Positions 38,176-46,248 of a stretch of DNA of 64,000 nucleotides are shown here, piece by piece; position 1 is the stretch's first letter, and every line of letters starts with the position of its first letter. Origin of the DNA: Bdellovibrionales bacterium (GTDB taxonomy: Bacteria; Bdellovibrionota; Bdellovibrionia; Bdellovibrionales; UBA1609); NCBI GenBank assembly GCA_041690295.1, contig JAWLHR010000002.1, positions 96,001-160,000 on the forward strand. The letters are read 5' to 3'. A program made the translations under genes and the position numbers. Under the pieces are notes generated by a model. The model had not been told where the DNA came from. It saw only the letters and a list, made by a program, of their open reading frames with translations, and ran no database searches.

Positions 38176-38354
38176 TGCGCGCCCGCTTCTGCGCGCTCAA
38201 TCATATTTAGAAGTGGAATCTTGATGCGCTCCTGCTTCCGATTTGGAAGTGGAATCTTGATGCGCTCCTGCTTCCAATCGGGAACTGGAAGCTTGACGCG
38301 TGCCCACTTCCGAATCGGAAGTGAACTCTTGATGTGCTCCACCCCGAATCGGAA
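38164..38354. repeat. five-unit ~36-bp tandem repeat made of yhaM 3' end plus palindrome
   Basis: Units at 38164, 38213, 38249, 38285, 38321; consensus GTGGAATCTTGATGCGCTCCTGCTTCCGAATCGGAA. Confidence 0.9.
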
Positions 38355-38364
38355 CGTGTGAGGT

Positions 38365-39018
38365 CTAAATGATCAACACGACCGGTTCCGCGTCGTCCAA
38401 ATCAGTGACAGCTGTCAAGTCACGACCCTTGCCGCGGATCACCCGCTCATTTTCCTGGGTGAGGTTCAATCCTAAAACGCAATTCCGCTCAGCGAAGTGG
38501 GTGGCCAGTTCTTGCGCGAGAATTCCCGCGCGATAAGGTGTTTCAAGAAGAATGATGGGTCGGTTTTCCTTGCGCAACTCACGCCAGCGGCGTTCGCGCT
38601 CTTCTTTTTTTGTCGGCAAAAAACCGGCGAAGAAAAAACTTTCCAATCGATGACCGGCCACCGAAAGGAGAGCCATCAAACTCGATGGTCCGGGGAGACC
38701 GTAAACCGGAATTCGCGCGCGATGGCAGGCGTCGACCAATTCCGCTCCGGGGTCGCAAAAACCGGGCGTGCCGCAATCGCTGACCAAGACGACATTTTTT
38801 TCGCGGCATTCACCGACAAAATACTGCACATCGTCTTGGGTCGAATGTTCATTGAGTTGATCCATGACTTTGGCTTGAACTCCCGCGGCCTTGAGAATTT
38901 GGCGCAACGCTTTGAGTTCTTCGCCGATGATCAAATCCGCATTTTTCATCGATTCAATGGCCCGCAAGGTGAAATCCTTGGGGTTTCCAATTGGTGTTGC
39001 GACCACGAAAAGCGCCAT
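38365..39018 (-). CDS. rsmI: 16S rRNA (cytidine1402-2'-O)-methyltransferase
   Basis: LFVVATPIGN, LVSDCGTPGFCDPG, PGPSS, FFAGFLP, LETPYR. Confidence 0.9.
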   Translation of the reverse strand: MALFVVATPIGNPKDFTLRAIESMKNADLIIGEELKALRQILKAAGVQAKVMDQLNEHSTQDDVQYFVGECREKNVVLVSDCGTPGFCDPGAELVDACHRARIPVYGLPGPSSLMALLSVAGHRLESFFFAGFLPTKKEERERRWRELRKENRPIILLETPYRAGILAQELATHFAERNCVLGLNLTQENERVIRGKGRDLTAVTDLDDAEPVVLII

Positions 39019-39040
39019 GGTACTGTCGGTATCACATCTT

Positions 39041-39766
39041 ATGGCGCGGTGGAAAGTCCTCAAATCACAGGATTTATTTAAATCGGGCTTTTTCAGGCTC
39101 CGCGTGGACGAATGCGAACTTCCCGACGGCCGTATAATGCCTCGATATTATGTGATCGAGTTCCCTGACTGGGTGAATGTGGTGCCTGTGACCGATGACG
39201 GCCAAATGGTTCTGGTGGAGCAGTACCGGCATGGAGTGGTACGGCTAAATCAGAATCCGAACGGCGATCCCGCGCCGGCCTCGGATCAAGACTCCAAATC
39301 TCGCGCGCCGGCCTCGAATCAGGCCTCCAATGATCGTGCATCCACCGGTGAGAATCCAGGCCACTTTGGTTCAGTGGCCAACAATGGTTCTACCGCCAAT
39401 CACAAAGAAATATTCCTCGAGATTCCGGGTGGAAGCACTGATCCGAAAAATCACGAAGACCCGCGTTTGGCGGGCGTGCGCGAATTGCGCGAAGAAACCG
39501 GATATGAAGCGCGCGAATGGGTTTATTGCGGTTTTCACTATCCGAATCCCGCACTCCAAACCAACAAGATGCACACCTTCGTGGCGTTCGGTTGCACCAA
39601 AGTGGGAGAGCCGATGTTGGATCCCTACGAGGACCTGAAGGTGAGTGTGCTCCCCGTAAAAGAGGTTTATCGCCGTTGGTATGCGGGTGAAATCAAACAC
39701 TCGTTGATCTTCACATCGCTTGGCCTCGCCATTCCGCACTTGCGTAAGGCGGGCTTTGAGGTTTGA
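39041..39766 (+). CDS. NUDIX hydrolase (ADP-ribose pyrophosphatase-like) with ~55-aa internal insertion
   Basis: VEQYRHG...LEIPGG...AGVRELREETGY Nudix box. Confidence 0.9.
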   Translation: MARWKVLKSQDLFKSGFFRLRVDECELPDGRIMPRYYVIEFPDWVNVVPVTDDGQMVLVEQYRHGVVRLNQNPNGDPAPASDQDSKSRAPASNQASNDRASTGENPGHFGSVANNGSTANHKEIFLEIPGGSTDPKNHEDPRLAGVRELREETGYEAREWVYCGFHYPNPALQTNKMHTFVAFGCTKVGEPMLDPYEDLKVSVLPVKEVYRRWYAGEIKHSLIFTSLGLAIPHLRKAGFEV

Positions 39767-39843
39767 TGGATTCCCCATCTGCGTAAGGCGGGCTTTGAGG
39801 TGTGATGGACCCATCCGTGTAAGGCGGGGTTGAGCTGTGATTG
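39731..39843. repeat. three-unit ~39-bp tandem repeat of the NUDIX gene 3' end
   Basis: ATTCCGCACTTGCGTAAGGCGGGCTTTGAGGTTTGATGG at 39731; copies at 39770 and 39809 (degenerate). Confidence 0.9.
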
Positions 39844-39927
39844 CGGGCGCTTTGAGCTTTTTAGTGGCGGCGATCGGCGAGATTTTTTGCACTAGACGTA
39901 CGAGTTCAATGGTTGCGCAGGATCCAC

Positions 39928-41046
39928 TTAAAATATGCCTCGCGCGTTCCAACTATCAAATTGCTTTTCAAGCTCACACTTAAACTTTAATCGATTGTGA
40001 ACCGCGCACAGCAACTGTAGATTCTCCGGCTCGTTACCGCCTCCCGCGGATACTGACCGAATGTGATCCAATTGTAAGAGAAATCTCGAGCCACACTTCT
40101 TACCCGTAACCGGGTCCCGCCATTGGCAGCATCGGTCTCTTTGATAAATTTCGCGCCTCACATGAACCGGAATAGGCTGTCGTTTTCCGGTTAGTTTCAC
40201 ATGAGCAACAATGGATTTCACATTGCCAGCTCTCAAACCTGCAAACGTTGGCATCGGTTTCTTACGTGAGAGCTGATTCCTTGCGACTTCCGATTCGGAA
40301 GTGAAGTTCCGCCCTAAGGTTTTCTGGGTTTGGCGCGCTGAGGCCGGTTGCAAAACTTTTTCCTCAGCTTGTATCACCGGAAAGGACTTAACCGTTTTGG
40401 ACTTCGGACGAGTGGACTTCTTTAATAGCGGATCCTTACGTTTGACAAACTCCTCGGTAAGTGCCGCAAACAGCTCGGCCCAACCGGCTCGGGGAATTTT
40501 GTGCGACAAAAGCTCTTTCGCGCGATTGATCTGTTCAATCTGTTCTTTGGTCAAGGTAAACTCAATCCGCACCGACTCATCTTGCTGCACGCGCTTCTTT
40601 TCATATTGAATCGGCTTCACGTCGAGAACCCGCGCCAACACCTTTTGCGTCTCATTCACGTCCCGGCCCTTGATTCGTTGTAAGAGCTGACGCTTTTCCT
40701 GGTTTGAGAGTGAAACCTCCGGCGATTCTTTTTTCTTTTGCCTAAGACTTTGTGCCATCAATGACATTCGGCTCACGTTAAGCTGGCCAGACTCCAGGTC
40801 GTGTTTGGCCTCAGGAACCGCCCGGAGAATGCGAGCGGCATCAATTCGCCTTTGCGCCGAAGCGGGAGTGTAGCCGATCCCGTCTGTGAGATAAGCAAAC
40901 AAACTCGAATAGCCCAGTTTTAAATATAACTTTCGACGATCGATCTCTTTGATGTGCTCCAGAATCTCGGCAGTCGTTCGTCGCTCGACCTTCACAAGTT
41001 CGATCAGGCGTTGAACTAAAGATTGATCGGTTAAATTGGAAATCAA
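39928..41046 (-). CDS. HNH endonuclease with N-terminal DUF222-like helical domain
   Basis: N-terminal LVKVERRTTAEILEHIKEIDRRKLYLKLGYSSLFAYL...AQRRIDAAR; C-terminal RDRCCQW...C...LDHI...GGGNEPENLQLLCAVHN; TTG start after AAGGGGG. Confidence 0.88.
   Translation of the reverse strand: MISNLTDQSLVQRLIELVKVERRTTAEILEHIKEIDRRKLYLKLGYSSLFAYLTDGIGYTPASAQRRIDAARILRAVPEAKHDLESGQLNVSRMSLMAQSLRQKKKESPEVSLSNQEKRQLLQRIKGRDVNETQKVLARVLDVKPIQYEKKRVQQDESVRIEFTLTKEQIEQINRAKELLSHKIPRAGWAELFAALTEEFVKRKDPLLKKSTRPKSKTVKSFPVIQAEEKVLQPASARQTQKTLGRNFTSESEVARNQLSRKKPMPTFAGLRAGNVKSIVAHVKLTGKRQPIPVHVRREIYQRDRCCQWRDPVTGKKCGSRFLLQLDHIRSVSAGGGNEPENLQLLCAVHNRLKFKCELEKQFDSWNARGIF
40286..40302. repeat. palindrome ACTTCCGAWTCGGAAGT inside the HNH gene (encodes TSESEV)
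   Basis: ACTTCCGATTCGGAAGT. Confidence 0.9.
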
Positions 41047-41133
41047 GCAAGCCCCCTTGAAAGCGAATTCACTTATAAAAAATCGGTTTGAAAAATGCGA
41101 GCACTTATGCGCCAAGTAAATAAAAATATTTTA

Positions 41134-41385
41134 TCCGAACTTCGGACATTGGGAAGAGAGAAAAGGTTATCAGCGTTGGCTCATATTCGCACTTCCGAAT
41201 CGGAAGTGAGTAAGAGTAATTCTCACTCGAATCGGAAGTACGGGTGCATCGGCAAGGTAATTACCAATACCAATGCGCGGCTCATGCACTTCCGAACTGA
41301 AAGCACGGGTGCATCGGCAAGTTAGCTGCGAATTGAACTCGAATTGGGGCGCGACTCACGCCTTCCTCACTTCCGAATCGGAAGT
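41134..41385. repeat. cluster of ACTTCCGAATCGGAAGT palindromes upstream of the HNH gene
   Basis: Perfect copies 41190-41208 and 41368-41385; degenerate copies 41224-41239 and 41287-41304; related TCCGAACTTCGGA at 41134. Confidence 0.88.
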
Positions 41386-41508
41386 TCTGTCGCCTCATTC
41401 TTCAAAAAGCCGAAGCGGAAACCCATGCGCGTTGATCTTAATCCAAGAGATGCCAGCAAACGGAAGGAGGACCACCGAAACCACAAGCAAAAAAATGCTC
41501 TCGAAACC

Positions 41509-42285
41509 TTATCCCGCCTTCCGCAAGCGCTTGCGGAACCGGTGATCCACGGGCGTGGTCAGGGAATGCGCGCCGATCTTGTACTCGTTCTTGCGATACT
41601 TCTCGCGCAGGCGAACGATTAAGTTCAAACAAAACACCAAACTCACCGCCAACGGATCGAACACCGAAACAAACAACACGATCAACCACTTGACGGCGCG
41701 GTCCGGGTCCACATCGAAGGCGCGGGCGATGTACATCACCGGACCGACCTTGGCGTTCAAACCGATCATCGACTGGCGCTTCAATTCCACTTCGTGCAAA
41801 ATCGCATCAGAGCGTGCATGCAGCTCATCGATCTTGGGCTGGTATTCCTTCTGAAACTCAAACTTGCGGGAAATCCGTGAAGGCGGAATCTGATCGATGA
41901 ACCGCCGGTACTCAGCCGCCTGAGCCAGAACTCGATCGTTTTCACGCAGTAAAGCTTCGATTTCCATTCGGCGTAAATGCAGGTCACCCGCCGCCACGTC
42001 ATAGGCGTGGGATAAATAGCCGAAGATCCCTATGCTCGTGATGGCCATGAGAACCACCACCGAAAAAATCAAATAACTCCGCAGGGGCCGGTGGATATGA
42101 CCCCAATAACGATACACGAAGCCCACAATAATGAATTTACTCAACTCCAGCGCGCCCGCCATGACCGCCACGGACTTGGGCGCGCCACCGAAGAGCTGGG
42201 CCAATCCGGTGATCGAAAATAAGGCGCCCGTGATTGAGACGATCACCGTGGCGACTAATAGCAGCACCAAATAAACAACACTCAT
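41509..42285 (-). CDS. membrane protein: 3 TM, coiled coil, TM (DUF4407-like / phage-type family)
   Basis: FSITGLAQLF...ALELSKF...YRYW...ITSIGIFGYLS and KVGPVMYIA...VFDPLAV motifs. Confidence 0.75.
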   Translation of the reverse strand: MSVVYLVLLLVATVIVSITGALFSITGLAQLFGGAPKSVAVMAGALELSKFIIVGFVYRYWGHIHRPLRSYLIFSVVVLMAITSIGIFGYLSHAYDVAAGDLHLRRMEIEALLRENDRVLAQAAEYRRFIDQIPPSRISRKFEFQKEYQPKIDELHARSDAILHEVELKRQSMIGLNAKVGPVMYIARAFDVDPDRAVKWLIVLFVSVFDPLAVSLVFCLNLIVRLREKYRKNEYKIGAHSLTTPVDHRFRKRLRKAG

Positions 42286-42341
42286 GCACTATATTGATCG
42301 GCCCATCTCGGCTCGAAATAAAGCCAGGCTAAGGTCCTGGA

Positions 42342-43862
42342 TTATTGAGTGGTGATGCCCATGCACGTCGGCTCACCAGTGAAATCAGCGAACACGATCG
42401 GCGAAATGCCTAGGTGATCGACGGTTCGAGAAACCGCGACGATCTGGTTCTGCCACGGGTCCGAGTGGGCCGTAGAAGGCCTGAGATAAAGGCATCTCTC
42501 CTGGTCTGTGATTCTGCCCTTTACGAAGTCCCAAGTGGAGCCTTCCGGTTTTTTAATTTCAACTTTGGCGACAACATTTTGGAATATGAAAACGCCAGCA
42601 AAATTCAAGCGCAGACTGGGATCACGAGCTTTGTTAAAATTGGGAGACGGATTGAACTCGAAAATAATCATGGATTGACGATCTCCGATTTTTTTCTCGT
42701 GTTTGAAATCCAATTCGGCGAACGTAACCATGAAGTAGTCGCGATTTAAATCGCGCGCGGAAGAAATAGTCACTTTGTCGGGTGTGTGGGCGGCGAACAC
42801 TTTTGTTTGACCACCCGCTCGCAGCGCGATTTTCAGTTTCTTCATAGGATATTCGTCTACGATTTCGAATTGCGCCTCACAATCCGCGATCTTTTCGCCC
42901 GTGGGCGTTCGGCACACGTCAACCTTGCGGCCGAGGCTTTCCTCAACCGTGAGAAGCTTTAAGAAATCGGCGAGAGGCATCTCTTTAATCGAGTCGAAGC
43001 CTTCGGGAACGGTGCTTTGCTCATTATCCAAGAATCTTTTGTCGAAATTGTTATAACGAAGGAGATCATCGAACTCCCGCCAGGTCATCGTGCGCCCACG
43101 TTCGAACAGAATGTCGGTGACACGTCGAATGGCGAAGTAATCTTGCCGGTTCAGCGGGCGTCGCGGTTCGGCTTTAAGCACAACGTCCATGTGGTTGAGT
43201 TCCCCGTCCGCGAAGTCAATTTTGGCTTTCGGATCCACCTGTTTGAACCGCCGCAGGATATCCGAGAATTTTTCGAATCGCAGGAGATAAAGTTGCATCA
43301 CGATTTCATGCAGGATGAGACGGGCGAATTCGCGGTCGTTGGTGTTATCGGTCTTCTTGGAGTCAATCCAAATTTCTTCGCGATCCTGACAGGCGAGTTG
43401 TTCCACGCCGTTTCCGGCGAAGCTTACGCCCAAGGTGTCTTTGTCCACGCAACTCATGTTCAAGGGGATTAGGTACCAGCGCTTTAATTTCAGCCAGATG
43501 CCGAGGTCATTCATGCTATCGTTTTCCGACGATTCCTCGGCTTTCTCTGACTTATTCAAATTGTCGATGATCGGCTGAATGTACTCCTTAAAACCCCGGA
43601 GCTGGGTGGGGTCCACGATGTAGGATTCGAACGGCTGACCAAGGACTCCATTGCCGCCACCACCATCGGTTGTGCCCTGAAATTTCCCGTTGCCTCCTGG
43701 ATTCGGCGACTGACCGCCTGGGCCATGGGCGTCCTCTATGGCCGGAGCGACACCCTTCACTTGGCGGCGGTTGTCCCGGTGACAGGCGCCGATAAAGGTC
43801 ACCATCGCCAATAAAAGGCAAAACAGCGTCCGGCTTGAGAGGTTAATCGCTTGTAAAACCAT
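42342..43862 (-). CDS. secreted/lipoprotein hypothetical protein
   Basis: Lipobox-like IGAC; GTTDGGGGN motif; LILHEIVM (incomplete HExxH). Confidence 0.75.
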   Translation of the reverse strand: MVLQAINLSSRTLFCLLLAMVTFIGACHRDNRRQVKGVAPAIEDAHGPGGQSPNPGGNGKFQGTTDGGGGNGVLGQPFESYIVDPTQLRGFKEYIQPIIDNLNKSEKAEESSENDSMNDLGIWLKLKRWYLIPLNMSCVDKDTLGVSFAGNGVEQLACQDREEIWIDSKKTDNTNDREFARLILHEIVMQLYLLRFEKFSDILRRFKQVDPKAKIDFADGELNHMDVVLKAEPRRPLNRQDYFAIRRVTDILFERGRTMTWREFDDLLRYNNFDKRFLDNEQSTVPEGFDSIKEMPLADFLKLLTVEESLGRKVDVCRTPTGEKIADCEAQFEIVDEYPMKKLKIALRAGGQTKVFAAHTPDKVTISSARDLNRDYFMVTFAELDFKHEKKIGDRQSMIIFEFNPSPNFNKARDPSLRLNFAGVFIFQNVVAKVEIKKPEGSTWDFVKGRITDQERCLYLRPSTAHSDPWQNQIVAVSRTVDHLGISPIVFADFTGEPTCMGITTQ

Positions 43863-43888
43863 GGCGGGTTTCTCCTTTCAAATTCCGT

Positions 43889-43936
43889 GCAAAACTGACC
43901 GGTCCGGAGCGTGAGGCGCCGGACCGGCGGTTTTGC
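43889..43936. terminator. intergenic stem-loop
   Basis: GCAAAAC..CCGGTCCGG..loop..CCGGACCGG..GTTTTGC just after the stop of 43941-44348. Confidence 0.55.
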
Positions 43937-43940
43937 AACC

Positions 43941-44348
43941 TTAGAAGCGGAAGCATGAGACCGAGACTTTATTGGGCTCGGAAATCAAGGTCAAAGCTCT
44001 AGAGCCCCACGCGGTCGAATGGGATTGCAGAAGCTCGTCCAAGTTGCTGGCCGTCACCTTGCCGATCGAAACGATCAATTGTTGCGGGTCGTTCTCGGGC
44101 TTTGACGTGTAAACCAAGGTGGCGCCGTCGATGGCTTTCCAGTCTTGATAGGCCATGTCGTCGAACTTCTTCAGGGTCACCTTCTTGCCTTGGATGATAA
44201 TCGCCTGACCGGTCACATCCTGAGCGGACATGACTTCCTGATCATATGAACCCTTCTCGTTGGGGTTCTCACCGTAAACGGCGCACATGATTTTCGCATT
44301 GGCGTTCAATCCGGCGATCATGAGAGCGGCTAAGACTAACTTTTTCAT
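43941..44348 (-). CDS. small secreted protein
   Basis: AAGGAG RBS; MKKLVLAALMIAGLNANA signal; N- and C-terminal Cys pair. Confidence 0.8.
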   Translation of the reverse strand: MKKLVLAALMIAGLNANAKIMCAVYGENPNEKGSYDQEVMSAQDVTGQAIIIQGKKVTLKKFDDMAYQDWKAIDGATLVYTSKPENDPQQLIVSIGKVTASNLDELLQSHSTAWGSRALTLISEPNKVSVSCFRF

Positions 44349-44455
44349 TTTCTTCTCCTTTGTTTTTGTTCGCGGCTTCATGCCGCGAGTTCGAAGCCAA
44401 TATACCGGCTCGACCTTCGTCGAAATAGATGGAGTTTAGTAAAAAGTAATGAAGA

Positions 44456-44476
44456 ACTTTTACCGATAGTAAAAGT
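44456..44476. promoter_or_regulatory. 8-5-8 inverted repeat abutting the TIGR02147 start codon, candidate operator
   Basis: ACTTTTAC-cgata-GTAAAAGT then ATG; an extra GTAAAAAGT half-site near 44439. Confidence 0.5.
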
Positions 44477-45277
44477 ATGGTTTCGGTTTTCGACTTCCAT
44501 GATTACCGGGAATTCTTAAGCGAATGGATTAAATCCGCGAAAATTCGAGGGGTTAAGTCTCGCTTGGCCGCCGCCGCCCAAGTCAGTCCGGCGATGATGA
44601 GTCTGATCTTCAAAGGCGAAAAACAAATGTCCATGGAACAAGCGGCTGAGGTGGCGGAGTTCCTTAATCTCAACGACTCGGAAACAGATTATTTCTTACT
44701 CTTAGTGGAACTGGGGCGCGCGGGCTCGTTTAAGCTCGAACAAAAGCTCAAGCGCAAAATGCGCGAGATGCAGAAGGAGGCGAGAAAAATCGCCAAACGC
44801 GTGCGCAAGGATCGTGATCTCTCCGACGAAGAAAAGGCGATTTATTACTCGAATTGGCTTTACACGGCCGTCCGCAATCTCTGCGCCATCGAGGAGTACG
44901 CGAATGTTCATCAAGTGTCGGCGCGCCTGGGATTGCCGGAATCACAAGTGGTGCGTGTGGTGGATTTTCTCCTCGAGCACGGGCTCTTGAAGAACGAAAA
45001 AAATCGTCTGACCTACGGCCCCGCGCACCTTCATATCAGTTCCGATTCGCCGTTCGTGAGTCGTCACCATCAGAACTGGCGGCTTCAAGGATTCAAACAC
45101 ATGGACCAACTCACGGAGAGCAATCTCTTCTATACCTGTCCGATGTCGCTTTCCAACGAGGCGGTCGAGAAGGTGAGAAAGCTTTTGCCCACCGTCATCG
45201 ATCAGGTTTTGAAGATCGTCGGCCCCTCCAAATCGGAGCGCGCGTTTTGCTTTAATATTGATTGGTTTGAGTATTGA
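44477..45277 (+). CDS. TIGR02147 / DUF4423 family HTH protein
   Basis: VFDFHDYREFL, HTH LAAAAQVSPAMMSLIFKGEK, YYSNW, HHQNWR, FNIDWF. Confidence 0.85.
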   Translation: MVSVFDFHDYREFLSEWIKSAKIRGVKSRLAAAAQVSPAMMSLIFKGEKQMSMEQAAEVAEFLNLNDSETDYFLLLVELGRAGSFKLEQKLKRKMREMQKEARKIAKRVRKDRDLSDEEKAIYYSNWLYTAVRNLCAIEEYANVHQVSARLGLPESQVVRVVDFLLEHGLLKNEKNRLTYGPAHLHISSDSPFVSRHHQNWRLQGFKHMDQLTESNLFYTCPMSLSNEAVEKVRKLLPTVIDQVLKIVGPSKSERAFCFNIDWFEY

Positions 45278-45287
45278 TCACATCATA

Positions 45288-45304
45288 ACTTCCGATTCGG
45301 AAGT
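45288..45304. repeat. solo copy of palindrome ACTTCCGAWTCGGAAGT between convergent genes
   Basis: ACTTCCGATTCGGAAGT, identical to the copy inside the HNH gene. Confidence 0.9.
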
Positions 45305-45309
45305 CGCTA

Positions 45310-46059
45310 TCACCCGCTCCGCCGCGAATCCAGCCAATCGCCATGAAAGCCCATTCCGATCGTCGGCAAATCCGTGGGCGTCGGCGCCCGGCCCGAATGA
45401 ACGGAATTCACGAACACGATTCGCACATTCGGGACCGCCGCGCGCACTTCGTTGATGATCACCGGCTCGTTCTCAAAAAACCAGATATGATCGAACTTCG
45501 GCGCAAGGCTTTTTAACGTCGTGGTTTTGTAATGCTCATCTGTTTCCACTTCGAGCGGTTTCATGAGAAGTCGCGAATCGGAAACCAGAGGAAAGCCGAA
45601 CTTCGCCAGGGACGACAAAGTTCCCGAACGCATCAAAGTTTCGGGTCGACCCGTCAGGTAAAAAACGTCGGCTCCCAATTCGTGCAAATGCCGAACATAC
45701 TCATTGGCCGCCGGGTAAATCTGATCGTGATCGAGAAAATGACTGCTGAAAAACCGACTGCGCCAGTAATCGCGAACCTGCTTAAAAAATTCCTGGGGTC
45801 CCTCGGGATGGTAACGCTGCATCAGCGAGCGCAGTCCCCAATCCGTCGGTAACACTTCCACTTCCGCGAGTACCGCGGCCTGCTTCTCAAATTGCGCTTG
45901 AAATTTGGGATCGCGGCCCAGCGAGCGAAGGATCGCTTGCGTGCGAAAACTCACACAAAACAAAGTCGAGTCCAAGTCAAAAAAGACTCCCACCCGAGAG
46001 TTTCGCGCGTGTATCCGCACGAACTCACTCACCATTTTTAGTGCATCAGTTTGAGACAT
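45310..46059 (-). CDS. HAD-superfamily hydrolase
   Basis: FFDLDSTL (DxD motif), YLTGR, FFENEP. Confidence 0.85.
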   Translation of the reverse strand: MSQTDALKMVSEFVRIHARNSRVGVFFDLDSTLFCVSFRTQAILRSLGRDPKFQAQFEKQAAVLAEVEVLPTDWGLRSLMQRYHPEGPQEFFKQVRDYWRSRFFSSHFLDHDQIYPAANEYVRHLHELGADVFYLTGRPETLMRSGTLSSLAKFGFPLVSDSRLLMKPLEVETDEHYKTTTLKSLAPKFDHIWFFENEPVIINEVRAAVPNVRIVFVNSVHSGRAPTPTDLPTIGMGFHGDWLDSRRSG

Positions 46060-46248
46060 CCCGGCGTAAGTTTACGAAAATCGTCAAACCCTTGCAAACC
46101 GCACTGAAGCGCACTTTGACAGTTTTCGTGAACTTTCCAAAAACTGCCTCAAGATCTGACATCCAGCTGTAATCGTTAGCGTTTTCAGGGCATTGGCCTT
46201 GAGACGAGGCCCCGCCCGTCCGAGAAGGAGGGGCAGAAGGGGAGCGGT

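Noticed and set aside
38133..38342. 69-aa ORF with QERIKIPL repeats
   Set aside because: A by-product of the 36-bp tandem repeat, antisense to the yhaM end.
38164..38354. CRISPR array (36-bp period, palindromic)
   Set aside because: Units are contiguous tandem copies with no unique spacers, they derive from the yhaM end, and no cas genes are present.
39928..41046. IscB/Cas9/TnpB or group II intron-type nuclease
   Set aside because: No RuvC motifs, PLMP motif or RT domain; only a C-terminal HNH.
41190..41385. CRISPR mini-array
   Set aside because: Repeats are only 17-19 bp, spacing is irregular (15/47/63 nt) and two spacers share sequence.
42342..43862. Zinc metalloprotease
   Set aside because: The motif is HEIVM, lacking the second His of HExxH.
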